Positions 34,258-47,613 of a DNA stretch of 64,000 nt are shown here, piece after piece (position 1 is the first letter of the stretch; every line of letters starts with the position of its first letter). The stretch lies in the NCBI GenBank assembly GCA_977030845.1, contig OZ365113.1:13392001-13456000 (forward strand). Direction: 5' to 3'. A model generated the notes under the pieces. The model was not told the DNA's origin and made no database searches. It saw only the letters and a list, made by a program, of their open reading frames with translations. The position numbers and the translations under genes were made by a program. This stretch comes from Fimbriosthenelais zetlandica (Eukaryota).

Positions 34258-37200
34258 TTATAGCTCCATATCTTGAGCTTCATCTTCAGAGAAGTCACTC
34301 ATGGAACTTTCACTAGAGGTGGACATTTCTTCCTGTTCGCGCAAGGCCTCTTCCGTTGCATACTTCTTGACACACTCTGAAAGGAAAATGTTAAATATGA
34401 TTCATCAACCTTAGCTAATAACAATGTTTTCCGGTGCTCATTGATTACAAACATTTTATCTACCTTGGACCTTTCGTTTGTATTCCTCCGGTTTGTGTAG
34501 GAACATTGCTGCTGCATCGCCATTAAGAGGGTCGATGGGATTTGGGTATGTCAGCAGTTGTGGAAGAAACGATTCAAAGATGTTGGACAGATCTATAGAG
34601 AAATTATCAGAAATATATTAATAATAATGACACATGCAATTTCACACATCCAAGCACAAAACATACTCTATACATAAATGTGTATATATTGGAATTTGAA
34701 ATTCCTTATTAATTGAGATGAGATTAGCTAATGTACCCACCGTATAAAGCAGTCCAGGCTTGGTTGATGACATCCAAGCAAACCGTGCCAGAACTGAATG
34801 ATAAGATTTTATTATGTAGCAACAAAGCGAACTCTTAACATTCATCTTCTTCTTCTTTCGTCGATTTGAAGGCTGTGAGCCTATTGGTCGCTTGTTGCCT
34901 CTGTCTGAGCTTACACCATAATCAAGCGCTATCGTACGGGGAAGTTATTTAAAAAGACATTGGGAATGTCAGAGTATTGTTGGTCAAATATATTATCAAG
35001 TGTAATGAGAATATGATGAAACACATGACGACTTGCTATATATGGATAAGTGACTAATGAGATAGGAAAAGACTACTCACACTTCATCTATATTGGGATG
35101 AAAAATCCTATTCATGAAACCTGAAGCATGAAAAAAGGAAAATATGAATGATGACATCATATCTATAGATCACCTCATACACTCAGACTTATTTAAGACA
35201 GCTCTTTAATTAAACGAACTAATTTAAAGTTGTATGATGAATAAGTGATGACGATGATGCAGGCATCAAGACACAATTTAAATTTATATTTTGGTCCTGG
35301 TAACAACTCCATTTTACATGGCATCTGATACATTTGTCCCTTGATAGAAATGAATTTCCATAGTATTGAGGCAACATTAGAGCTCTGCATCTTTGCAATA
35401 AGATTCTGACTGACTTACCTATAGAGGGACTCTTGAATGGATACTTCTCAGGCAAATCCACACGTACCTTCCACACACCTCCCTCATATGGAGCTGTAAA
35501 AGACAAATATCATCATCCATTATTTATCAGGGACTCGGATTACAACCACATGAGTTTTTTTTATCAAGCAGTATTTCCCAAATCATGACCTAACACGACT
35601 CTGCCAACATCTAAACATAAAGGGTGNNNNNNNNNNNNNNNNNNNNNNNNNNNNNNNNNNNNNNNNNNNNNNNNNNNNNNNNNNNNNNNNNNNNNNNNNN
35701 NNNNNNNNNNNNNNNNNNNNNNNNNNNNNNNNNNNNNNNNNNNNNNNNNNNNNNNNNNNNNNNNNNNNNNNNNNNNNNNNNNNNNNNNNNNNNNNNNNNN
35801 NNACAATCAAAATATGGTAATTTTCATGTAAATTAAGATTTATGCTGGTATATGGTTTAATACTCATTGAAAGCTTCTTGGGGTACCATTTGAAATAATA
35901 CGAACTATGGATTTTATCTTAGCATCACTCAACCAGTACAAAGCTCAGATGATCATGAAATGCATGTCTGAGTCACTAAGCCTAGCCCAACCATAGTGTG
36001 CTTGTGGGAAATACATAAGAAATGTCAAAAGCTTCCTCCTAACCTAGTACTGAGCTTATACTAGTGTTAACAAGTGGCCTCTGGTGTTCCTAGTGACTCA
36101 ACCCTGGCAATCTGCCCAGTCTGTGTCCAAAACAAAGGCTTGGTTAAGGTCACATCAAGCAAATAACATCAGTCAGTGTGATGACACTATAAACCAATGG
36201 TTCTACAATGGAAAAAGTGCCCAGCCACTGCCCGTTAAGGATTATATTAGAGTCATCTTCTAGACTGCATTTTCTTCATTCTTCTAGCAAAACAGATAAC
36301 AGTAATATGCATGAATAGGGTTGGAAGGGTATAGAATTTTATATATAATATATTTAATAGATGTCCCCATTACATAAAATTGCACAGCCTACACCTTATA
36401 TTCATGTTTATTTAAGCCCTCCGTTACACATATTATGGTAACTTTCCTCAATATTGTTCTACTCATCGCCCATCATTGACCCATTCTGGAGGATGATAAG
36501 TAACACAGTATACATTGGAATTTATGGATGCATATGCAAAAATTATATGATCCATGAGGATCGGAAAAGTTTTAATGCTGTTAGATAACTATTTCTTACA
36601 TAAAACGAAGAAACATGCTTTGGGAGCTCAGGTACTCGTAAGACCAGATATTCTGTAAATTTAATTTTTGTCTTTACATTGGTTAATCTTCACAGTTAAT
36701 CTTTTTTTCTGCTAAGTTCTTTCCTTTCAAATCTGAATGACTCAATCACATTTAGTCAGAACTACAGAGATCCAAAGCAAATGATTTTTAAAACATCGTA
36801 TCTATGTATATTATCGGAGTCTCAGGTGTGAGGGTGAGTAGGCAGGGAGGGCAAGCCTATGAGAAGTGAGTGTATATTGCTAGGTTTGCGGATCATGTAA
36901 CACCTGTAGTACATGACGCTACCATCTCTAACCCGTTGCTTCAACAGCCCCAAACATTCCCCCTCGTGGAGCTCTAGCTGGAGCAGGGACGGGAATAGGC
37001 CAAAGAAGAACTGTTCATAAATGGCTAAGAGGTGCAAACCTTGCCAACAGTGATGTTCTTTCAACAGAAACATATTTTGGTATATAGGTATTCAACCACA
37101 GATTTACAGAAGAAGTGAGTTTAGGCATTACAGTAAATTAGGCAGAGGTGTAAGCAGGTGGCTTAAGAAATTCATATGAATCAGAAAACAAGGAACTAAA

Positions 37201-40200
37201 TTCTTCAATACATGGCCATTAAGTATCCTTACCCACATTTTAATCCTTCCCCAAATTGACTCATGACATTGTGAATCAGCACTTGGTGAATTTAAATCTT
37301 CTTTTTTTTTTAATATCGGCGCAAAATTGGGAACCTGATGATCATACATCAAGATATTTGAGAGAGTCTACAAGTCTACAATAAATCAAGGCTATCAATT
37401 TTGGAGGAGGAAGTCATAGAGAGCTTGAGATGATAGTCAGTATTTAGCACGAGGTGAAGGCATGAGCAGGGGAGGGTAGTAGAGTGTGTGGGAATGGAGA
37501 ATGGGTACATGAGGAGGTATGACTAAGCCACAAACACAGAGGCAGACCAAGGTGCTACATTAGAACTGACTCACTCCTTGAGCTGCTCAAGAAGAGATGT
37601 GTTTACATTTGTAAAATGTTGCTTCTACTCAGCACAGCATTTTCACATACATAGCTGTTTAATACCCAAAAAATAATTACATAATATTTATTTTACTGAA
37701 CGTCCTGTATGGCTCAAATATTAACATTCATATTCACTCCTCTCAAGCCTATTCATAATAGTGATATATACATGTATGTATGCATATTTATAAAGGTCTA
37801 ACCATATTGTGATGAACAGCTGTGTATGACATTTTGCGTACTAGCATGTGTACAATGACACACAGTGAAAGAAAGCACGAAACCTTGCTGATGTCATACC
37901 AGATCCTGGGGACATGCCTCAGTGATATTCAGGATTTGGTAAGGGAAGCAATCAGTTTACCTTTCATTTGCTACCCAAATAATCATTCATATTCCTCATG
38001 AAAAAGTTTTTTTCCAGAATTGCCAATTATTGGTTCAGACCCGATCCAAATCTTAACCGAATATATTTAGCACTGACTACAACTTGACTGGTATATTGAT
38101 ACTTAAACAGCAAGATAGAGCATTCTAACCAGAGCATATATTTCTCAGTGTCATTCTTACACTAAGTCTTACTATATCGATTAGTAATTCACTTGGTATA
38201 CACCAATAAGGCAATACCTAAAATTCAAGATTATACTCAACGTTGATATCTGAACCTAGTATTCCCAAAGCCAATATACATGTAAATTACTATTGATTTT
38301 TTCAGTTGTCATAAACAGGATGAGAAATCGCTCCAACTTAAGGGTTAAGTCCATACATTATCAAAGACAGAATGCTACATAACACGCACCCAAGCATTAT
38401 TAAACTTGAACTCCCAGCAAGGTGTAATATTGATTTTGGGCCTCATTCCTGCATACTGATATACCGCAGCCTTCATTAGAACGCTGTACACAAACACAAA
38501 GGCAGTTCAACACCAGACTTTCACCTAAATTATCACTCAAATTCTGAGGAGACAATCTGAACAATGGTTTTGTCCTAATATGCACTACAGTATATTGAAC
38601 TCTCAATGATGTACATATAGCTTAACTCTAACGCTGTTCATTATAATAAAGAAGGGAGTGGTAGAAAGTTAATATCAGCAACTATTCGTGTATACACATG
38701 AAATGTTCCCAGAATGGGCCACAATACATGAGGCACCTACATGATAGTAACCCTGATATAACAGATTAATAAACACAGTACTTCAGTCACAGTGTCCAAA
38801 TAATATTTCACTGATAAAATTATAAGCTTGCTTACACTAGATAGTATATACACCCTAAGTGATTAGGCCTATACCAGGCTTAGACTTTATCTAATGTGTC
38901 CATCATACAAACATTCATAATCCTTACAAAAGGCATTGACCCAAGCGATAATATTCCCTTACCGAGTTATAAATCATCCTAGCCTAGTAGGTATATATAT
39001 TATTTTTGTTGTATTATTAAACAGGGTTCATACGCCGATTAAGGCAGCAATGGCATACTTTATATAAGTATTACAGACCACATTATAAATCTGTGACGTA
39101 ATTTTAGTCGTGTTAATTACTATTAAAGCACGGGTGCATGGATTGCTGAATCTTGCAGGTTTTAATACCTTTATGTAAGTAAATCCAAATGGAAACAATG
39201 TAAGTGACTTACTGCCTTGGGGTCCATAAAATTTAACAATGAACTCATTTAGTCCTCCAAGAATGGTGACCTCGTGTTTGCTCTCAATGCTGATGGGTCA
39301 TTAAGGAACATGAACATTCTTTACATAATATAGAATTAAGAGGAACAATTAACAAAAATTAAAAGAAGAATGATGTGAATGAATAAATAGTTTGTTCCAT
39401 TTTCTGTTTAGGTATCCAGGCGATATATCTATGTTCGGATTTCCTGTAGCTGAATTTAGGACGTTAGATTCACAACTGTCAAAATAGACTCCAAATATAT
39501 GGAGAATAGCATATTACCACCCCAAACATATATATTTCGATCCACTGACATACTAACCTGCATTTATATGATGTAGTCTCATAACATGACGAAGCCTATA
39601 CTCTATAATAAACTTGCCTCCATAAACAAATCACAAATGTGAACTTAATGTTGTATTGGATTTGAAGTGGATCAAAAAATCTTCTTTCAATCAAAATAGG
39701 TCTAGAATAGATGATAATTGAATGTAATAATAATGTTCTAATAAGAGATGTCAGTATAAAATAATTGAAATCAAGTTTGACAATGAAGGTATAGGCCCAT
39801 TATAGACATTCTGAACCTATTCAGGCTATTGGACAAAATGTTCCCACAAAGGGGATTGATTCTAAAATCATTGCGCAACACTTGATCCTATAATATAGTG
39901 GGCTTAAATGAGAGACAGGGGAAGAACATCACCATGTTTAAAGGATGATAGAGTCTAGTCGTGTAGGCTACATTTGCATTGTGTAGGCTACGCATTGGCC
40001 TGAATCGACACTGCTGCAGGTCGACACATGCAATGGCACACATGGCTCATGTTGATTATTTACATGACCCATGAATGATGATTTGTCCCTATCAGGGATG
40101 TGAAGGTAGCCATGGAAAATCATAAGACTTTCCACCATACCCACTCAGCCACTGGGTTTACTCAGCATTTACTTATGTCACCATACTTCTAATGTTTAAA

Positions 40201-40713
40201 CATGTTTAGAAAGTGATTTTTGGTATTCACAATTTTAGCAACGCATCACGGCTCCCCTTTAGATTAGAATGAGGGGTGGAAGAGGGGAGCCATAACCTGA
40301 TGAATAACATGGCAGAAACAGTGACCAAGTCTGCATGGCTGAAGAACATTTGGTAAACAAAAAGACTTTATCCAATCTGTCTGGAATCGCCTGGTCCCCC
40401 AAACAGAAATCGCACATAATATCAAACTATTATACCTCACAGTCATTTCACAATACCAAATAACCTCAGGTTTTACCTAAAATACTAGAATCGATGTATT
40501 TTGGGGTCACATATGCAAAGCAGCTGAAGCCAGTGTGGAAGACTGGGGAGATACGGACGAGGACAAGGCACTCCCGATCAACTTCTCCAACCCACTCTCT
40601 CCCTCTCACAAATCCCATATACTCAAAACCTAGACCATTTTAAACAAGAGTGAAGGATACAGTTTGACAACATCCGTGTCCATTCGACGTTTTCCTGGAC
40701 TGGGCGACGACAT
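34258..40713 (-). CDS. UBE2H: Ubiquitin-conjugating enzyme E2 H (181 aa)
   Basis: Exons 40713-40661, 39289-39213, 35493-35419, 35120-35081, 34793-34741, 34592-34464, 34376-34258. [25 protein letters not shown]...[20 protein letters not shown]...[13 protein letters not shown]. Confidence 0.97.
35627..35802. other. Assembly gap (176 N) inside UBE2H intron 2
   Basis: Run of N between exons 39289-39213 and 35493-35419. Confidence 1.
39290..40660 (-). other. U12-type GT-AG intron, UBE2H intron 1
   Basis: 5'ss CT|GTATCCTT; branch TTCCTTAAT about 10 nt upstream of the CAG acceptor. Confidence 0.9.
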
Positions 40714-40810
40714 ATTGGACAGTCTTGCTGCGAATTCCTGTTCTGTGTGTCCAGCGACAAAATAATAACAACAATGGCGGAGCTGGTTAGATATGCACAA
40801 CGTCACAGCT

Positions 40811-40987
40811 CACGTGACTCCTTGTTTCCACGCCTTTCCTGGTCATTAATAGGGAAATTCCCTTGGAAAGTATAAAACATTCCGAGATTTAATACAATTT
40901 CATTAAACAAGAAATTCCAAATTTCAATTTTTGTTTAAGCTTAATCTCATTGCCGAGACTTTGATGGGTAACCGAGGTCAAAGGTCA
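40811..40987. promoter_or_regulatory. UBE2H upstream motifs: E-box, kappaB site, perfect DR1
   Basis: CACGTG 40811-40816, GGGAAATTCC 40852-40861, AGGTCA-A-AGGTCA 40975-40987. Confidence 0.6.
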
Positions 40988-41275
40988 TGTACTTATTCGC
41001 ATGTGACCTACTTACAGTTCATCAGCTGTTGGATGTAAACAAAACCACATGACCACTTTATTTACATGACGTCACCTTGCGACAATTTCACACGTGCTCT
41101 ATGATACTGTTTGTTCCCAAATAATGTAAAAAGGCTGATAGATCTATGAACTCAATTAATTCAATGAAACCAAACATTACTTTTACTCTATAGATACTAC
41201 CGCTAGGGTTTAGCAATGGTAAAATTTTGACACTAGGTGGCTCCCAATCCAAGGGTAGGTACGTGTCACAGTCAC

Positions 41276-41313
41276 ACCAAAGAGTGTAGGAAGGTTATCC
41301 TACACTCTTTGGT
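41276..41313. repeat. Perfect inverted repeat, 16-bp stem and 6-nt loop
   Basis: ACCAAAGAGTGTAGGA-AGGTTA-TCCTACACTCTTTGGT. Confidence 0.9.
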
Positions 41314-41343
41314 CACACCTCGATCGTCTATATCCGTACAGAT

Positions 41344-42639
41344 TAGGCCTAATATTAAGAAAAATAAATCAGAGAGTCTGAAGAAATGAATATCTCTACT
41401 TCTTACATTTTACAAAGCATACCCGGGTAGGCCTACAACAAATAGTCTAGATTTTGGAAGGGTTTTATAATTACTAGGCTACTTTTACGTTTTACGCCTA
41501 GGCCGAAAAATATTTGAGTGAGAGTAAAATCAAACACCATTAATTGCCCCTTATAACTTTTCCGGTACTTCCAATGTTTTGTAAGATGCACGCTGGAAAT
41601 TATGTATTATGTCTGAGGAGTCCAAATATAGGCCTATATCCACTAAATTGGTGTTAATATAAACTCCAAATAGATCTAGGTCCCACATAATTTCCTGGAT
41701 ATAGGATATATATAGGCCTAATTTTCTGTAGGTTATATCTAATACCCGGTATTTAATTTAGCCTACTAATAGGCCCTAGCTTATAGAAAAAAAGTACTGG
41801 TAGACACCTTTAATTAAGTTTTTCATTACCGTATCAAGAGTAGGCACCTACGTAGGGGTACTTGCTTAAAGTAGGCCTAAGGACTCAGAATTAAATCACG
41901 TGGATATTCGACTTTAATTAATATTTGTAGGCCTACCCGGTATATCGTACTGCATTGTCTATACATGTAGGCCCTACATGTATATAGATGCCTTCAGTGG
42001 CTGTGGTCGATGGTCTTCATCCTGCCTTGCCATAGGCCTACAGCAATTAAGATTTCTTGCAACTTTCGTCATAACTGATCGCTGTGAATTATGGCCAAAT
42101 GCTACCGGGTAAATGTGTACATGGCCTACTGATAGGGCCTACGGTAGGCTTACCTAAGAAAATTCTGATATAAGACCTTCTACGGTAGGCCTACCGGTAG
42201 GCAAGAACAATGTCTCTATGATTCGCTTCCTATAAAATAATATATCGAGAGAATGTTCCAAAAGAAAATACAAGTTTCCGTATGCATCTGTATTTTAAAA
42301 GATTTCATAAATTCCCATCTCAGTGCTGCCACCTTGTGTATAAAATGGACAATTAGGGCTAGTTCTGCCATGGCCAATCTATGAGGGAAATGAGTTGGAC
42401 ATTGAAATCACAGGTTTTTAAAACTAGTTTCGAGCCATTATGTATGTAGAAAATAAGGTTCTGGTAAATTAATGTAATGTCTAGAAAATGTAAATGATCA
42501 TTGATACGCTTACCTCAGGCTCAGGCACCAAGAAGTCATATGGCTAAGTATAGGCCTAGGCCTAGGCTAGACGGAGTATCTGTCCCGGTGTAGAGGCTAT
42601 TCCGCTGGGAGGCTTGTTTACAGGCTAGGCCTAGGCCTA
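41344..42639. repeat. Cluster of 12 perfect TAGGCCTA palindromes
   Basis: Starts at 41344, 41428, 41629, 41713, 41872, 41928, 42033, 42186, 42551, 42557, 42626, 42632. Confidence 0.9.
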
Positions 42640-43003
42640 CCTCTGTGGAACCAACTCCGGCAACGGGAGCCATTCTGAGGAAATTAATTTATCTTACTAT
42701 AATTAATTAGAGCTTGAGATTAGCTTATTGGCCTATATATGCATGATCTTTTGGAGATTTTGACAGACACACGGTATGGATATCAAAACATTACGCTACT
42801 TTGAACTTTTATCACTAGGTGTCATGTCTGTACCTACCATTTCAGATGAGATTTTCATATGCCTCATTCTTCGGGGTTCGAAGATATCTCCGTGATAAAT
42901 TGTTCCGAAAGAAAGGGACTTCCTTAATTTTAACAATTTCTAGGAAACTAATCGAATAAAATAGTCTTTTCATGCCTGTGTAGTCGAATGAATGTTATCT
43001 ATC

Positions 43004-43212
43004 TGGCGCGAAAAACATGTGGGGTGTCTTCCCACCACTTCTCGTTTCATCTCGTCGGTTACGAGAACTCCCGAGAAATGTAAATCGTGATGTCATTGTC
43101 GACCAATCAGGTCACGAGTAGGGCTGACGCTTCAGCCTGCACTAGGTCACGAACTCTGACCTTTCCCCCTCCAAGTCCTGCTTGCTGCAAGCGAATTTAG
43201 ACTCCTTAGAAG
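43004..43212 (+). promoter_or_regulatory. Putative NR2C promoter and non-coding first exon
   Basis: E2F-like TGGCGCGAAA 43004, CCAAT 43103, several AGGTCA/TGACCT half sites, strong donor AAG|GTAAGT at 43213. Assignment to NR2C is inferred. Confidence 0.55.
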
Positions 43213-46200
43213 GTAAGTTTTCTTTCTAATTCTCATTTCAACTATTCGCCATGACGGAAGGAGTTTATTTACGAACGCGTGCGGGATATTTTGCTTGTAA
43301 ACGCTGATCATTCGCCATAGACGTGGATTTCATATCCTCGGCATGTAGCCGCCATTCTAGGATTGGGCTCTCCGAGTGGGGAAACCTACGCTCTGCTTCT
43401 GTCAGATTAGGTAGGGGGCTGTTTTTCACCGCTGACAGTAACCTAGAATACCAGACATGACACCTATATTCTGGCCCTCTCTCATCTGGCTTTAAAAGGA
43501 GGCGATATTCGCCATCCTACAGCGATGTCCAGCTGATGGCCAGTGTTTGGATGGCGGTTTATTTTCACATGGCTGTGTTGAGTGACCCCTAGGTAACCCC
43601 GCTTCCTCCACGCATTTTCCCCCAAGTCGGACCCATCCCCCATGGCAGTGGCGCTTAAAATGCTGCATCTATATATTTCTTAATGTGCCCGAATGGTCCA
43701 GGATGCTTTCAGACTGTCATTTTTTATAGGTTCGTTGGTATAGCTGTATGTTATTGATTGGCCGTGACCTTTGTCCTTTAGCTTCTGCCTTGTTCCACTT
43801 AGTGGGTCACCTGCATATATTATGTACATGAGGTTAGGGTTGCCCGGCGCGACCAAACCTGTGACGTTGAGCTTTGGTGAGGGGGAGGGGCTGTGTGTGG
43901 GCTTGTTACCAGTGCTGATAGTGAATTCTAGGACTAAAGAATGAAATAATTTACTTCTATGATTTGTTGAGATATTTGACTTTTGAGTTCTAGAAAACTT
44001 TGTATAAATCTTTTAAAGGTGATTTATGTGTCTGTCCACTCGTGCCTTAGTTTTAGATCTCTAATTAATTAATTTTAGGTAAGGATTGTAAAATTAATTA
44101 GTCTAGTCTTCTAAGCGTTTTTTTTTTTATTAACTTAAGGGGTTTTCCCCCTAATTTACATGTGTATTGAACGTGTAATTTTTTTGTTATGAACTTATGG
44201 ATCTAGTTAGTCGAGTAACAAAGATTGGAATAATAGATTCTCATAATTATAAAAATAAATTTAAAATTAGATTCTACCCTTTTTCATGCAGGCCTACCGG
44301 ATATATTTTTAAATCATTCATTAAAAAGGGATTGAGTATCAGTATAGACTGTGTATCTACATCATTACGTAACTTCCTGGCGTGTGCTGCAAGCTGCATC
44401 ATGTGGATCTAGATCGGGAAGTTATGTAACGGTACTCATCAATTTAGAATTATGAGAGCAAGTCATATGGAGCTTCAAATATCTTAAAATGAAGTCGATA
44501 AAACCCCTTGTAAAGTGGTCAGTAGTATAGGCTATATCGGTATCATTCATGTAGATTTAGTCTTGAAACTTCATGCCCAAGTCGGTTGCAATCTTTAATA
44601 CATGAAGGTAAAAGAATAAATTTCTACATGTAAAAAAGGAGAAGATGCCGTACAATATGTAGTTATACAATTTATCTTTTTAAATTTTCGGACCCACACG
44701 TTCACAATTTATCTGTTTAAATTGATATGAATAACTTTCTCGCAGAGTTCAGAGGGCCTAGGTAGGGCCATATAATATTATAACTGGTACGGCACTGGTA
44801 GGACTCATTTGACAGACAATTCTCATTCTATGACAGGTGTGTGAACTGGTCAGACATGCTGCCTGCTACGCATCATGCTGTAAAAGCAGATATGGTCATA
44901 TTGAATATGAAGCCAGTAGCTTTAAATTGGCTCCTGGGGAAGGGTTTGACAGGCCATATGGCCCTCGTCATACAATGGCTATTCTGTGACAAGCTTATTG
45001 ACCGACCCCAAGCTGTCTTTCCATGGTTAATTACAGAGGTCAACACAAAAAGGTCACGACCTTTCACCCCGATGCCTCTCAGGTGATTTGGACCACTGCC
45101 AAGCCTGACTCGTTACATGTTGGACAGACGGCCTCTAATGATAGGCCTTCTGGGGATCGAGAACCTTGAGAGATACTGGAAATGTTGGAATGCTTTGGCC
45201 AGCTAACTAAGAGGGCGTCTCCCCTACCCTTCCCCTGGGATGCCAACCAAATACCCTCTGAGTCTCGAACTCTCCTACACATATTTTGAATGTACGTTGA
45301 ATATACATGTATGTTGATTCCACATCTGCTGCTCTGATGATGATTTTTTCCCATCTTAATCCAGCCTGGGCCCGTTTCAAATGTTAAAGGGAGATGAGAA
45401 TATTTTATTTTACCCTCGTAAATTACTATTTAAGCATAAAATGTAATAAATGAAATCCGCCCCAGCCTCGCCATAGTATAGGCACACTATATGATTTGGA
45501 AAAAATTGAATCACATACATTCCCAAAGTTGAAATGAAAGTGGGTAAGATAAGTTGATGTAATATATGTGTAAGGAAGAGCTATGATGATAATCGATTTT
45601 CTGACTGGGATTTGTTGATGTAAGCACGACTCACTTACTGAAGTTTGACCCCGCCTAGAAAGTTCACAGCCCTATTCTCCATGGGCATATGATGTAAACT
45701 CTCAGTTCCTGCTGTGTCTTATGTAATTTCTGAGTGTGTAATACATGTTTGAAACAGTATTGCTTAATATTATATAGATACATTAAATTTGAACTCAGGA
45801 CCGATAATACATTGTCGAGAGCAAGTCACACACGTGAGTTTTTTTTTCATATTGAAAGTTAGATTTTATATATATGGAAAGTAGGTGTACAACATATTTA
45901 CTCGGGCATGGTGCGTTCTGTTGCAGTGAGCTAGCAGGCCTTGTATTGAGAGGGTCATTTGGGTTCAAAGGTTCACATCGGGTCAGATAAGCTGTACATA
46001 CATATTATCGACCAGTTGAACAACCACTCAATATGGACCTTAATCAAACTTAGGGCCGATATTGTAGATTTAAATGTTAATTAGAATAATTCCGTTTGGG
46101 GTCCCTCAGTGAACATACCCGGTGAACATATTTCGATCAGAAGATTTTGAAAATTCTAATAGGCCTAGTTTTAATACATTACTGTGCTGATTCCCATTTC

Positions 46201-47613
46201 AATAGCGTTGTAATTTTTCCAATTCTCTCGCCATTTATTACAGATATTTTAAGTAAGTTGAGTCATATTAACAGTTTCACATATATCGTATGTCAATATC
46301 GACTAATCATCTTTAGTAGACATTTTCTTTGGAGCTCGGTTACGTGGGCAGTAGCCTACAGGATGTTATTGCATTGCAAAATGTCAGAGATCTATTTCGT
46401 GGTTCACTGACATTCACCAGGGCATTAATGAAAAATACAAAACTCCCTTTAGGCAGAAAATGTCTAAACCTAAATAATGACAGTATGAATTACTTTCATA
46501 GAAGAATTTGCATGAGAAATTCTATCAATTTCTTTGACTTGAGACGGCCAATTTCTGTTTAAAACTGTCAACAGTATGTTTGCTGAGGTACAATAGAATA
46601 CATTGTGTCGGACAATTCTCTTCTTATTTTTATCTATCCACTATTGAACCCTATTCTTTGGCTTGTTAATAATATAAATTCATAGGAGAAAGAAGAGACA
46701 GTGTGTTGACATTTCATATATTGTCTGCAGTGCTGTGTCCTCAGATCATTGACCCCAGGTTTTCCGACATTGCGTGTACACCGCACTTTAAATCTATAGT
46801 CTTCATCAACACGTCTCATTGCCACCTTATTAAGTTAAATCCCCCTCACCTGAAGGAGCCCGCTGATTACGGAGGTTACAGTCTCCATTTCTACGTGTGG
46901 CCCTTACAGCAAAGTGAGAAGGATCTGGGAGAGAAGAAGGAGAGGGAGAAGGTCAGGAGTAAAAAACGGAGATATGATCCTCCTAGAGTCAGTAATAATA
47001 GAAGTGTCCCTGCCTGAGTGTTGTGTGGAGGTTGGCGAAGGTCAGACGAGGTTGGCTTTCCTTTAACACATTACAACACGTCTCATTAGAGCAATCAACC
47101 TCCACCTACTCGTACCATCATTACACAATTCTCCTCATAGCGCCTCCTCACCCGCCCTTAAAAGTGCCTTCAAAAATCTTGAAAACTTTTTTCCGTTACC
47201 ACCTCCTTTCTTCCCCGCCCATCATTCCTCTCCCACTCTTTCTGTTTGTTTCTTGACCTCTGGAGGCTTGGGGAATTCGGTAGGCGGCGGCGGACTAGAG
47301 GTTCTGTCGCCCTGGTTATGATGAAAAGGTCACCAAGGCAACGATCAAGTTTTAGTAATAACTGGAAACCCTGCTATTGTGTGGTGGGTGGAGAGAAGGA
47401 TGGGGAGGACTCGGAGGAATGGTCAGGGGTTAAGCTTCATGAAAAATAGAGAAAATGTAAAGCTTGCACATTTCAAATTTATTACTTTTAATGTTCAGTC
47501 ATAAGTTGTATTATTTTTGTTTCTCTAAAGGTTAAAATTTGAGATGATTTTATGAACATTAAAGTATTAGATTTCATTTTAACTGCCAGTGAGTCCCAGC
47601 CCATATTGAGACA

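Noticed and set aside
35564-35867. ORFs containing X runs
   Set aside because: Artefacts of the N gap.
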